The notes under the pieces were generated by a model. It saw only the letters and a list, made by a program, of their open reading frames with translations, was not told the DNA's origin and searched no databases. From assembly GCF_963921235.1 (NCBI RefSeq), contig NC_086108.1:38752001-38816000 (forward strand): a DNA stretch of 64,000 bases, written 5' to 3'. This DNA is from Mobula hypostoma (Eukaryota). This document shows, one piece after another, positions 25,419-36,714 of the stretch (position 1 is the first letter of the stretch; the number at the start of each line of letters is the position of its first letter). The translations under genes and the position numbers were made by a program.

Positions 25419-25569
25419 ACAACAGAAATTCTGCAGATGCTGGAAATTCAAGCAACACACATCAAAGTTGCTGGTGAACGCAGCAGGCCAGGCAGCATCT
25501 GTAGGAAGAGGTGCAGTCGACATTTCAGGCCGAGACCCTTCGTCAGGACTAACTGAAGCAAGAGTGAGT
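25419..25569 (-). mobile_element. Short Penelope-derived (pLTR) insertion carrying a hammerhead-ribozyme motif, with 15-bp TSD
   Basis: Flanked by AAGGAGCAAGGATAA at 25404-25418 and 25570-25584. Homologous to the terminal region of the Penelope copy at 38580-38680. Confidence 0.85.
25514..25551 (-). ncRNA. Minimal type I hammerhead ribozyme motif (Penelope-associated)
   Basis: Minus strand reads TAGTC-CTGACGA-A-GGGT(CTCG)GCCT-GAAA-TGTC-GACTG: CUGANGA box, stem II, GAAA box, GUC cleavage triplet and stem I pairing AGTC/GACT. Confidence 0.7.
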
Positions 25570-25879
25570 AAGGAGCAAGGATAATTTCTTTAAAACAAAG
25601 GCATTGTTTAACTCAGAGAAAATGAGTAAATCTTAAACAAGTTGAGAAACATAGAGCTTTGTGAAGGATGATTTCAGGTTTATGGAAGGTAGATATTTAG
25701 GGTGGCATTGGTGAGGATATCTCAAGCAGATAAACAGAGGTAGGGATGGAGTCAGGAAATGCAATGATTCTCAAGAGGGTGAGCAGCCAGAGCTTATAGC
25801 ACACATTGACGTAGGTAGAAAGGGGGGAGAGCTATTGCACAGTGAGTATAGGCAGTGAGGGAAGAGCTGAAAAACAGGA

Positions 25880-27985
25880 CCTCCAAGGCAGAAATCTCTG
25901 GATTGCTGCTCAGGGCAGGAATAGGCTGATAGAACAGGTGAAGGAGAGGCTGAGGATGGGTTGCAGGGGGCAGGGTTTCAGATTTCTGGATCAATGGAAT
26001 CTCTTCTGGGAAAGGTATGACGTGTATGGAAAGGAAAGGTTACTCCTGAACCTGAGGGGGGAAGCAATATCCTTGCGGGCAGATTTTCTAGAGCTGTTGG
26101 AGAGGGTTTCAACTAAGTTGGCTAGGGTATGGGAACAAGAGTGATAGGGCTGAGGATGGGGCGGTTGGTATACAAGTTGATGCAGTGTGTAGTGAGACCA
26201 TGAGGATGAACATGCAAATTATAGGGCAAAATTGAAGCCAGTGGAGTGAGTTGAAGTAAATCATGGGGGTAAAATCGAAAAAGGTGATGAATACGGGCTG
26301 AAGGTGATAGATTTCAATGCGCCCAATATACGAAATAAAGTTGATGATCTGATAATGCAGTTAGAGTTTGGCAATTATGATGTGAGCATCACTGAGTCGT
26401 GGCTGAAAGAAGATCATAGTTGGGAGCTTAACATCCATAATATACCTTGTATCAAAAGGGCAGGCAGGTAGGCAGAAGGGGTGGGTGGCCTTGGTAAAAA
26501 AAAATGAAATCAAATCCTTGGAAAGAGGTGACATAGAAGATGTGGAATCCATGTGGGTAGATTTAAGAAACTGCAAAGATAACAGACACTGATCAGATTT
26601 TATATACAGGCCCCCTAACAGTAGCCAGGATATACATTTCAATGGAAAATAGATGGGTATGTAATAACGGCAATGTTACATACCATAGTAATGGGGGATT
26701 TCAGTATGCATGTAGTTTGGGAAAATCAGGTTGATGCTGCATCCCAAGAGAGGGAATTTCTAGAATACTTTGGAGATGGCTTTGCGAAAAGCTTGTGGTT
26801 AATCTCACTAAGGAAAAGGCAATTCTAGATTGGGTGTTGTGCAATAAACCAGATTTGATTTGGGAGCTTAAGGTAAAGGAACCCTTGGGAGATAATGATC
26901 ATAATATGATCAATTCACCCTGCAGTTTGAGAGAGAGAAAAACAAAGTCAGATGTATCAGTGTAAAAGTGGAGTAGAGGAAATATATAGGCATGACAGAG
27001 GAGCTGTCAAAGTTGGTTGGAAGGGAACTCTCGCAGAACAGAAATGGCTGGAGTTGTTGGGGGTAATTTGAATAGATACATGAAGAAGTATTCTAAAGGG
27101 AGAATGAGGCAACCCTGGCAGATGAGGGAAATCAAAGACAGCATGAAAGCAAAAGAGAAGGCATATAATACAGTACAGCAAAAATTAGTGGGAAGTTAGA
27201 GAATTGAGAAGCTTTTAAAAACCAACAGAAGGCAGCCAAAAAAACCATAGAGTGAAAAGATGAAGTTAAGCTAGCCAATAATGTAAAAGAGGATACCAAA
27301 TGTTTTTCAGTTATATAAAGTAGAGGCGAGATTGGATATTGAACCGCTGGAGAGGTAGTAATAGGGACAAAGAAATGGCAGTTGAGCTGCTTAAATACTT
27401 TGCATCAGACTTCACTGTGGCAGACAGTAGTAGAATACTCAAAATTCAAGCGTGTCAGGGAGCAGAAGTGACAGTAGTTGCTATTACGAAGAAGAAGGTG
27501 CATGGGAAGCTGAAAGGTCTTTAGGTGAGTCACCTGGATGAGATAGACTACATCCCAGGGTTCTGAAAGAGGAAGCTGAAGTGCTTGTAGGGGCATTAGT
27601 GATGATATTTCAAGAATCACTAGATTCTGGAATGGTTCAAGAGGACTGGGAAGTTGCAAATGTCACTCCACACTTCAAGAAGGGAGGGAGGCAGAAGAAA
27701 GGAAATTCTAGGTCAGTCAGCCAGGCTTCAGTGTTTGGGAAGTTATCAGGAGTCCATTATTTAGGATGAGATTTTGTGGTACTTGGAGGCACATGACAAG
27801 GTAGGCCAAAGGTAGCATGGTTTCCTTAATGACAAATCTGTTGGAATTCTTTGAAGAAATAATAGATAGGATAGATCTGGATTTTCTGAATGCCTTTCAC
27901 AAGATGCCACACACGAAGCTGCTTAACAAGAACCCATGGTATTACAGGAAAGGTTCTGGCATGGATAGAAAATTAGCCCATATGA
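25880..27985 (+). mobile_element. Degenerate CR1 LINE (ORF1 esterase-like remnant, ORF2 endonuclease and RT)
   Basis: GFRFLDQWNLFW...LNLRG ORF1 remnant, then EN motifs (YRPPNS, MGDF) and IFQESLDSGMV.EDW.VANVTP.FKKG. Many stops and frameshifts. Confidence 0.85.
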
Positions 27986-28011
27986 ACAGAATTAGGTGAT
28001 TTGGCCCGTCG

Positions 28012-28400
28012 AGTCTCATTGAAACCTATTGTATATTGAATGGCCTAGATGGTGTTGATATGGGAAGGATTTTTCCTGTGGTAGGGGAGTCCAGGACCAG
28101 ATGGCACGGCCTCGAAATAGAGAGGCGTGCATTTAGGGCAGAGATGAAGGGAAATGTGCTTAGCCAGATGGTAGTTAATCCATGAAATTCATTCCCACGG
28201 ATGACTGTGGAGGCCAAGTCATTAGGTATATTTAAAGCGGAGGTTGATGGATCCTTGGTTAGACAGGGTATCAGCGGTTATGAGGAGAAGGTAGGAGAGA
28301 ATGGGGTTGAGAGGGTTAATAAATTAGAAATAATGGAATGGCAGAGCAGAATTGTTGGGCTGAACAGCCTAATTCTGATCCTATTTCTTATGGTCTTATT
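28012..28400 (+). mobile_element. CR1 LINE 3' end fragment
   Basis: LIETY.ILNGLD...FPVVGESRTR.H.L motifs and a CR1 3' UTR ending TTCTTATGGTCTTAT. Confidence 0.75.
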
Positions 28401-28469
28401 TGGGATCTCACACTCCCGTCTCCTAACAAATTGTTCTCCTCTATCCTTGAGTTGTCCTGCCCTTGATGT

Positions 28470-29135
28470 ATGGTATTGGAATTGGTTTATTATCATCACA
28501 TGTACCAAGACAAAGTGAAAACTTGTCCTACATACTGTTTACACAGATCAAATCATTACACAGTGCATTGAGCTAGAATAAGATAAAACAACAATAATGC
28601 AGAAAGTAAAGTGTAAAATGCACTGAAAAAGTGCAGTTCAGGTAAATGATAAAGTTCAAGATCATAATGAGCTAGATATGAGTTCAAGAGTTTATCTGAT
28701 AGTATAGGAGTCCATTTAAGTGTCTGATAGTGGGAGAGCAGCTATCCTTGAGCCTGCTGCTATGCCCTTTCAGGCTTTTGGATCATCACCCGAAGGGAGA
28801 TGAAAGCAAAAAGAATGTGTGGGGTGGATGGGATCATTGATTATGCTGGCTGGCTCCTGTGAAGTGCTGAACTGTGTCCACAACTCTCTGCAGTTTCTTG
28901 CAGTCATGTACAGAAGCTGCCATACCAAGCTATTCTGCATCCAGACGGAATGCTTTCTATGGTGCCTTGATAAACATTGTTAAGAATGAATGGGTATATG
29001 CTGAATTTCTTTAGCCTTCTGAGGAAGTAGAGGTGTTGGTGACCCCTCCTGGCTGTGATATCAAAATGGTTTGGACCAGGACAGGTAATGTTCACATCTA
29101 GGAACTTGAAGTTCTCAACCCTCTCAACCTCAATA
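28470..29135 (-). mobile_element. Rex/Babar-like LINE 3' fragment
   Basis: ORF 28904-29329 C-terminal part: VERVENFKFLDVNIT...HLYFLRRLKKF...TIESI...AWYGS. Confidence 0.75.
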
Positions 29136-29139
29136 CACT

Positions 29140-30720
29140 GATCTAGACAAGACATCTCTTCCTTTCTGAAGATCATTACCTGTATACACAGTAATGTCCT
29201 GGGATTCTCTTTACTCTTACTTGTCTTGGACTTCTTTGCCCCTCCTGCCTCTCCTAATTTCCTTCTCGAGTGCTTCTCTATCTTTATATGCTTGACATCT
29301 CTGTTTGATTCGAGCTTCCTAATCTTCACAGATGCCTCCTTTTCTTTCTTGACTTAATTCACTATCTTTCTTGACATCCAAGGTTCCATAACCCTGCTGT
29401 CCTTCTTACTGGAGCAAATATACTCTCTGCGTTTGGTTTTTAAATAATCAGATATGGACTTCCCCAAAAACTGCTGTTCCCAATTAACTCTACCTAGCTC
29501 CTGCCTAATACTCTTCTAATTTGCCATCTGCCAATTTAATACTCTTCAACAAAGTTTTTTTCTTAACCTTATTTATAGCTGTCTTGAGAGTTGTGATCAC
29601 TGTTTCCTAAATGTTGCCCCATTGAAAGGTCAGTCGCACGGCTAGGCTCATTTAATTTACCAATACAATGTATAATATGGCCCTTCCTCTGGTTGGACTA
29701 ACGACATTTTGTTTTGAGAAGTTCTCCTGGATAGTTCCCTATCTAACCCTCTTGCACTAATGTCTCAGTCTATATCTGTGAATTTGAAGACCCTGACTAC
29801 AACAACCCTGTTGTTTTTGCACCCTTCCCTAACCCGGCTGCCTATCTGTTCTTCATTGTCCCAGTGGCTGCTGGGGGATCTCATTAAAGTGACTATATTT
29901 TCCTTACTTTTGAATTCTACTCAGTGGGTGAGCCTTCCGTAATGTCCCCTCTGACTGCAGCTGTAATATTGTCTGTAAGGCATGCAACTCTTCCCCATCT
30001 TGCACCTCACCCTCTGTTTCTTCTAAAACATTGAAATCTTGGAACATTAAGCAACCAGTCCGGTCCCTCTCTCAACCAATCTCTATAATCACCGATATTA
30101 TGGTTGCATGTACTGATTCATGCTCTAAGTTCCCTTAATACTCCTCGCATTAAAATACACACACTTCAACCCTTCTGTCCCATTGTGTATATCACCCTTC
30201 TTCTGTCTGTCTTCTTTTACTAACTTACTGGGTTTTTCTTCTCTGCATATTAGGTGTTTTGTTGTCGTCTGAACCCTTAGTGCCTAGATGGCACATGGGG
30301 CCTCATATTGGGTGTTTGATCGTCTTTTTTATGTTTTCTGCCATCTCCCATCTGCCTTCCTGCCTCTTTGAATGCAACACTCCACTCCCCAAATCAATCC
30401 AGTTTAAGTCCTCCCTACTATCACTATAAAGTCTGTCCAAAAGGATATTGGTCCACTGCAGATCAGGTGCAACCCATTCCTTTTGTACAGCTCGCCTCTG
30501 GTCCAGTAGAGAGCCCAATGGTACAAACATCTGAATCTGCCATATTCTCCTATTCTTACTCTCACTAGCATGTGGCACTAGGAGTTATCCAGAGATTATT
30601 ATTTTCAAGGTGCTTTTTTTTTAAACTCTTTCCAACTTCCTGATGTTCATTCTGCAAGCCCTCATCCCTTTTTCTATCTGTACCATTTGTGCCTTGTGCA
30701 CAACAACTTCTGGCTGCTCC
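29140..30720 (-). mobile_element. Highly degenerate CR1 LINE (ORF1/endonuclease region)
   Basis: Reverse-strand remnants such as GSLLDQ...GLHL.CSG.NIL (ORF1-like) and endonuclease-region sequence similar to the other CR1 copies. Confidence 0.55.
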
Positions 30721-31064
30721 CCCTCCCCCTCAGAATGTTCTGGAATGACTCAGAGTCATCCTCAACTCGGGCAGCAGGGAGTCAACACACCCTCCTGGTG
30801 TTCTTTTTGCAGCCACAAAATCTACTGTCTGTTCTTCTACCACAGTCACTACTGTGAGGATAGTCCAACACCCACCCCCATTAAACTGTGGCCTATCACT
30901 AATACAATTCTTTTTGGTCCCAAATTTCAATCACATTCAGTATGATAGTGTAAGTTTGGTAATCTCCTATGCAGCATCTGCTTACATCCTCACCAGGACA
31001 TTGAATCGTTTGACAAGTGCAAGAGTTAACAGTTCTCAAAAACAATTATCCGAATCCCCATACC

Positions 31065-32215
31065 TGTGAATGGTAGGGCACTGAGGAGTGTGGTAGGATA
31101 GAGGGATCTGGGAATACAGGTCCATAATTCATTGAAAGTGGCATCACGGTACAGTTACAGATACAGTTGTAAAGAAAGCTTTTGGTACATTGGCCTTCAT
31201 AAATCCATGTACCGAGTACAGGAGATTGGATGTTAGGTTGAAGTTGAATAAGACTGTGAGGCCTAGTTTGGAGTATTGTGCACAGTTTTGGTCACCTACC
31301 TATAGGAAAGATGTAAACAAAGTTGAAAGAGTACAGAGAAAATTTACAAGGATGGTGCTGGGTCTGGAGGATCTGAGTTAAAAGGAAAGATTGAACAGGT
31401 TAGGACTGTATTCTTTAGAACGTAGAAGATTGAGAGGAGATTTGACAAAGGTATAGAAAATTATGAGAGATATAGATAGGGTAAATGCAAGCAGGCTTTT
31501 TCCACTGAGGTAGTATGGGACGACAACCAGAGGTCATGGGTTAAGGGTGAAAGGTGAGAAGTTTAAGGGGGAACATGAGGGAAAACTACTTCACTCAGAG
31601 GGTCGTGAGTAGGGTTGCCAACTTTCTCACTCCCAAATAAGGGACAAAAGTAGCAGTCAAATACGGGACACTGGGGTTTACCCCGCAAAAGACTACCATG
31701 ACCATGAAGCCTTGCGTGGGCACCTGTGTGCACATGCGTGTATATGCCAATTTTTTTCTACAAATCGGTTTTGGCTAAATCTTCCTGATATTGCTTTTAC
31801 TATATGTTCGTGTTATTTCAGGTTATATGTGTTATTTGGTAGGTTATTTTTTGGGTCTGGGAACGCTCAAAAATTTTTCCCATATAAATTAATGGTAATT
31901 GCTTCTTTGCTTTAGGCCATTTCGGCTTCATAGGAACGCTCTACCTTAGTGGGGGAAATACGGGACAAGGGCGGTCCCATATGGGACAAACCAATTTATC
32001 CCAATATACAGGATGTCCCGGCTAATACAGGACAGCTGGCAACCCTAGTCGTGAGAGTGTGGAATGAGCTGCCAGCACAACTGGTGCATACATACAGGGG
32101 TATGGAGGACTATGGTCCCAGTGCAAGTCAGTGGGCATAAGCAGTCTAATATTTTCAGCATAGACTAGATGGGTTGAAGGGCATGTTTCTGTGCTGTACT
32201 TCTCGATGACTCTGT
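31065..32215 (+). mobile_element. CR1 LINE 3' part, interrupted by a hAT element
   Basis: ORF 31190-31381 has RPSLEYCAQFWSPTYRKDVNKVERVQRKFTRM. The CR1 3' UTR resumes after 32047. Confidence 0.88.
31610..32047. mobile_element. Non-autonomous hAT DNA transposon (Blackjack-like termini)
   Basis: TIRs TAGGGTTGCCA...TGGCAACCCTA and a perfect 8-bp TSD GTCGTGAG (31602-31609 and 32048-32055). Confidence 0.92.
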
Positions 32216-32454
32216 GACAGGATTTTGCTGGGCCTTGACCGTGCAAACTGAAAAATTACTGAGCAATGTAGTTGACAGAGGCTCAAATCATTGTCACATA
32301 AATTCACAACTACTGTGAAGATGACTATCAGAAGCAATAGGCATTATCTTATTTTGTATGGTATGGACTTACTGGCTGAACAGCCTTTTTCATTGATTTT
32401 GTAAAATAATTTTCTAGGAGATGTGCAAAGTCTTGGGGTTTTATTTTATTAATG

Positions 32455-34815
32455 TCCTGCCAGAGTGAAGGGCAAGACTGGTAAGGTTAGGGATCTCTGG
32501 GGGTTGATAAGCGATAGTGAAGCACTAGTCAGGAAAAAGAAGGAAGTGTTTGTCAGGTCTCTGCAGTAGGGATCAAGTGGATCCTTAAGGCACATTACAG
32601 ATGAAAAAATACACAAAAGGAGAGTCAGCAAGGCAAAAAAAAAGAATGTGATAGCTTTGGTGGATAAAGTATTGAAGAACCCTAAGAGATTCTACAGGCA
32701 CATTAAGAGCAAAAGTATATTGAGAGAGAACAGGTCCCATTAAAGATCAATATGGTGTTCTGTGTGGAGCCACACAAGATGGGTGAGGCGTTAAGTGAAT
32801 ATGTCACGTGTGTGTTCACCATGGAGAAAGTCATAGGGGCTAAGGCTACTTCCACACTACGCCAGATAATTTTGAAAACGCCGGTTTTGAGTGAAAACGA
32901 CAGGCGTACACACTAAGCGTTTTTCAAAATATCTCTGTCCACACTAACACGGATATTTGGGTAAATCTCCTCTACTGGGCACGTGCAGGACACACAGAAA
33001 ACAAGCGAAGAAGAAACGGTATACTTAGTGCGCGTTTGTCCAGTTACAGAGTAGAAAAACTTAAAAGGAATTGCTCTTGGCTCTCGCGCAGGAGGACTTA
33101 AAACTAAAAAAAACAAATACTGGAGCGTATGGAGGCAACCGACAGGGAGTTCACAGATAGTATGACCCAGCTGACGACGAACGTTGAAAAACTGACTAAC
33201 GCTGTTGCATTAATAAAGCACCTTGTTAAATGTATAAAACATGTCTGCATCAGTGTTATCTTGTATTTCCATACAATATTACATTAGGCTGTTACACATC
33301 TATTAACAGAGAAGTACTTGCATAAATAGGTAAACCACCTTCATACAAGCAAGGACAGAAAACAGGGCAAAGTAAGTATACTTATTTATTCAGTAAGCTA
33401 TGGGTCAAAGTATTTGGTGAGTACATTCCTAACTCTTCTGGCTTCAGTCTCATTGCCATCTGTTCTGAAATTGTTAGGTTCTGCGAAGCGCAGAATCAAA
33501 TATCGCTGTGATGATTGTATGCTCTAGTATCAATTGTTTGGCGACAATAAAGTAGTAATAATAATAATAAGAAGAAAGCAATGAAATGCCAGGCTGCCAC
33601 CATCTGTCCCGGCAAGTCATGACAGCGGTTTTAAACAGCTCCGGTTACCCCATACACACTGCAACGGGTATTAGACATTTTCAGACTTATTCACTCTGGA
33701 GACCATTTCTGAAAATCTCCGTTTTCGGGGGATGAAAACGCCATTTTAGTGTGGACAGAGGGTCAAAACGAAGAGAAAAAGCTTTGTTTTCAAAATTATC
33801 CGGCGTAGTGTGGACATAGCCTAAGATATTAAGAGGAATGAATAGTAATGTATTGAAATGTATCTTCATCTGAAAAGAAGTGTTGGTATTGTTAGGTGAG
33901 TTAAGATGAATAAATCCCTGGGGCCTGATGAAGTGTAGCCTAGAACATAATGGGAAACTATGGAAGAAATTGCAGGGGCCCTAGCAGAAATATTTGCATC
34001 ATCTTTAACTCCATGTGAGGTACTGGAGGACTGGAGGGTGGCTAATGTGTCTAACATCAATGGTGGGAAAATTACTTGAGGAGATTCCGAGGGAAGAGTC
34101 AACCAGCATTTCAAAAGGCAAGGGATGATAAGGAATGCTGCTTAACTTTGTGCATGGGAATTTATGTCTCATAAATTTGATTGAGTTTTTTGAAGAGGTG
34201 TTGAAGAGAATTGATGAGGTCAAGATAGTAAACATTGTATACATGGACTTCAGAATTCCTTTGACAAGGTCCCACACAGTCGGCTGGTCTGAAAGTTAGA
34301 TCACAAGGGATCCAGGGTGAGCTGGCTAATTGCATACAAAACTGGCTGAGTGGAAGGGGTCAAGGAGTGGTAGTAGCGGGTTTGTTATTCAGATTGGAGA
34401 CCTATGACCTGTGGTGTACCACAAGGTTCATCACTGGGTTCACTGTTACTCATCAATATTAAAGATATGGATGACAATGTTGTTAACTTAGTAAGTTTGC
34501 GGATGACACTAGAATTGTTGGGTTAGAGTACGGTGAACTGAGTTTTTCTTTGCACTTGTGCATACATGTACTTATGCATATAACAATAAACTTCACTTAG
34601 TAAGCGACTTCTTCACATAGTATACAGAACATTGCCAGAGGAAATAGGAGAGGTAGGTATAATTACAATCTTTAAAAGCCATTTAGGCAGGTACATAGAA
34701 CTGGCCAAGTGGGATATGGGCCAGATGCATCTACAGCTCATATAGACACCCTGGTCAGCATGGACGAATTGGGCTGAAGGGCATGTTACTATGCTGTATT
34801 ATTGCTGTGACTCTG
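32455..34815 (+). mobile_element. Degenerate CR1 LINE ORF2, interrupted by a Harbinger element
   Basis: KNPKRFY.HIKSK, EDWRVANV, YMDF...FDKVPH, GVPQGS.LG and KFADDT motifs, followed by a CR1 3' UTR. Confidence 0.8.
32844..33821. mobile_element. Non-autonomous PIF/Harbinger DNA transposon
   Basis: Long TIRs GGCTACTTCCACACTACGCCAGATAATTTTGAAAAC / GTTTTCAAAATTATCCGGCGTAGTGTGGACATAGCC and a 3-bp TAA TSD on both sides. Confidence 0.9.
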
Positions 34816-34842
34816 ACTACATGTTGTGCAATAAATTGGTAA

Positions 34843-35932
34843 TCTATATAGTACTAAAACTCTCATGCTCTGTTTGTCTGTTTGTGACCTCCAATTAGCA
34901 CAAACGATGCATTACAGTGGCATGGTTTTTGGCTAAATCAAATTAAAATGCGCTAACTTACAGAATGCAGGCAAAGTTCAGGGTTATATGTTCGTATAAA
35001 ATTGCTCATTCACCAAAATAAACATGCTCCCTTTTAACCCGAGACCTGATTGGCCATCATGGAAATCAGGACACAACAGCCCGATGCATGCGCATGACCA
35101 GTCTCAGCAGCGACACCTACCAGAGCAAAAGGACGGGGCAGCTCTATTTCGCAGAGTCACATTCCGCTAACAACAACCATCAGCATGTGCAGGATTGGGA
35201 CAGATCTAACTGCCACCCATCAATAAGAGATAATTAAATCTTATTGTAATGACGTACTTCGAGACACCCATAAAACCCTTTGCTACAATCAGTGGTGACT
35301 ATATCACGTCCATTTAGGAGAGCGCCAACCACATCATCAAGAATAATCAGCATCCTTTGGTGTTAGTGCTTCGTATCTTCTATCCAGCATTGGGGTGAAA
35401 AAAAAGGTCAGCCTAATTATGCCGCGTGGAAAGGGAAGGGGGTTATTATGGTCAAGTGATGACGCCAAACGTCATCGGGAAATGGCAAGGAGAGGGAGAG
35501 AACAAGAATTGGATGAGGCCAGGGCTGCATGACTCCAGGATCAAAGAATCTGGACAAAAAAAGATGAGAGAAGAAGAGACAGAGGAGGAGAGGCATGCAC
35601 ATCTCCAGGATCAGAGACAAACAACAAACAGCCGAAAAGATGAAGAGACAGGGGATGAAAGGGCTGCACGTCTCCAGATTGACAACGAGAGGCACAAGGG
35701 TGGCAGATAAACCAGAAATGATGCCATCAAAAGTGTCCTTCGTTAAATGAGGAGCAGCTATATTTGCTTTGCTACGCGTTGTTCTTCTTTAATAAACTGA
35801 GGTTTTCTACTTCACTTTCCAAAGTAAAGTGATACCGATAGCATTCAGGAAAATTTAATATTCATTCTGCTCACAGCAGACTGCAGTACCCTTCTGTCAA
35901 AGGGTGCCCCAATGGGTCACCCCGTTGTCTAG
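34843..35932 (+). mobile_element. Non-autonomous Helitron with STPR-like repeat remnant
   Basis: Starts TCTATATAGTACTAAAA after an A, ends CTAG before a T, has the subterminal hairpin GGGTGCCCC-AAT-GGGTCACCC (35902-35922) and no TSD. Internal 23-aa repeats ET.EER.A.LQ. Confidence 0.85.
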
Positions 35933-36714
35933 TATTAATTTGAAATGAAGCAAAGATTTAAAGGAAATGACATTGATGCATCCAAATTACATAAGTTTGT
36001 ACATTTTCCATAAATTTCCAGGCATATTCATGATGTAATGTAATACCTGCAATAGAAATAGGGATCCTACTGTACACAATGAAATCTAGGCAGTTAAGTA
36101 TTTGGATGAGAGAATTTGTGCAGGAAGCATACCAGTAATGTACCCAAACCTGAGGAGGCCATCTACAGAGTGTATTCCATACAATCAGCAGTGCTCATTA
36201 AAAATCAGCAAACTGATTTGACCAAACTGATTACATGACCAAGAAGAAAGGTTTGTATTTAAGGAACATTATGTTTAGTGCAGAAGGTTTAAACTTTTGA
36301 TATAATCACTGTGACTGAGATCACACTTAAAGTGATCGTGGCAGTAATTTCAAATCAGGACAAAGAATGAAATGCCAGAGACTGAGATGATTATACTCCA
36401 GCATGCCAGTTGTCATGGCGATACTCCTTGGCAAGAGTGACTTTCTGCTCTCATCTAGTTCAAGAGATTTATCCTGCAAATTAAGTATGTATTTTTTTAA
36501 AATTGAGAACAGACAGTGAGTTTAGGAAAGTAAAGGTAAATTAAGAAATTTTGAAACGGGTTTATATCGTTTTCAAAATGTGAGAAATCTATGTTGGGAG
36601 GTTAACACTTATATTTTTGACACCTGTTGTCTGATAGGCTAAGTGGCTGCTTAGATTGGGAGGAAGCATAAGTCAAGTTTACTGTCATATGTACAAATAA
36701 GATGAGGTTCAGGT

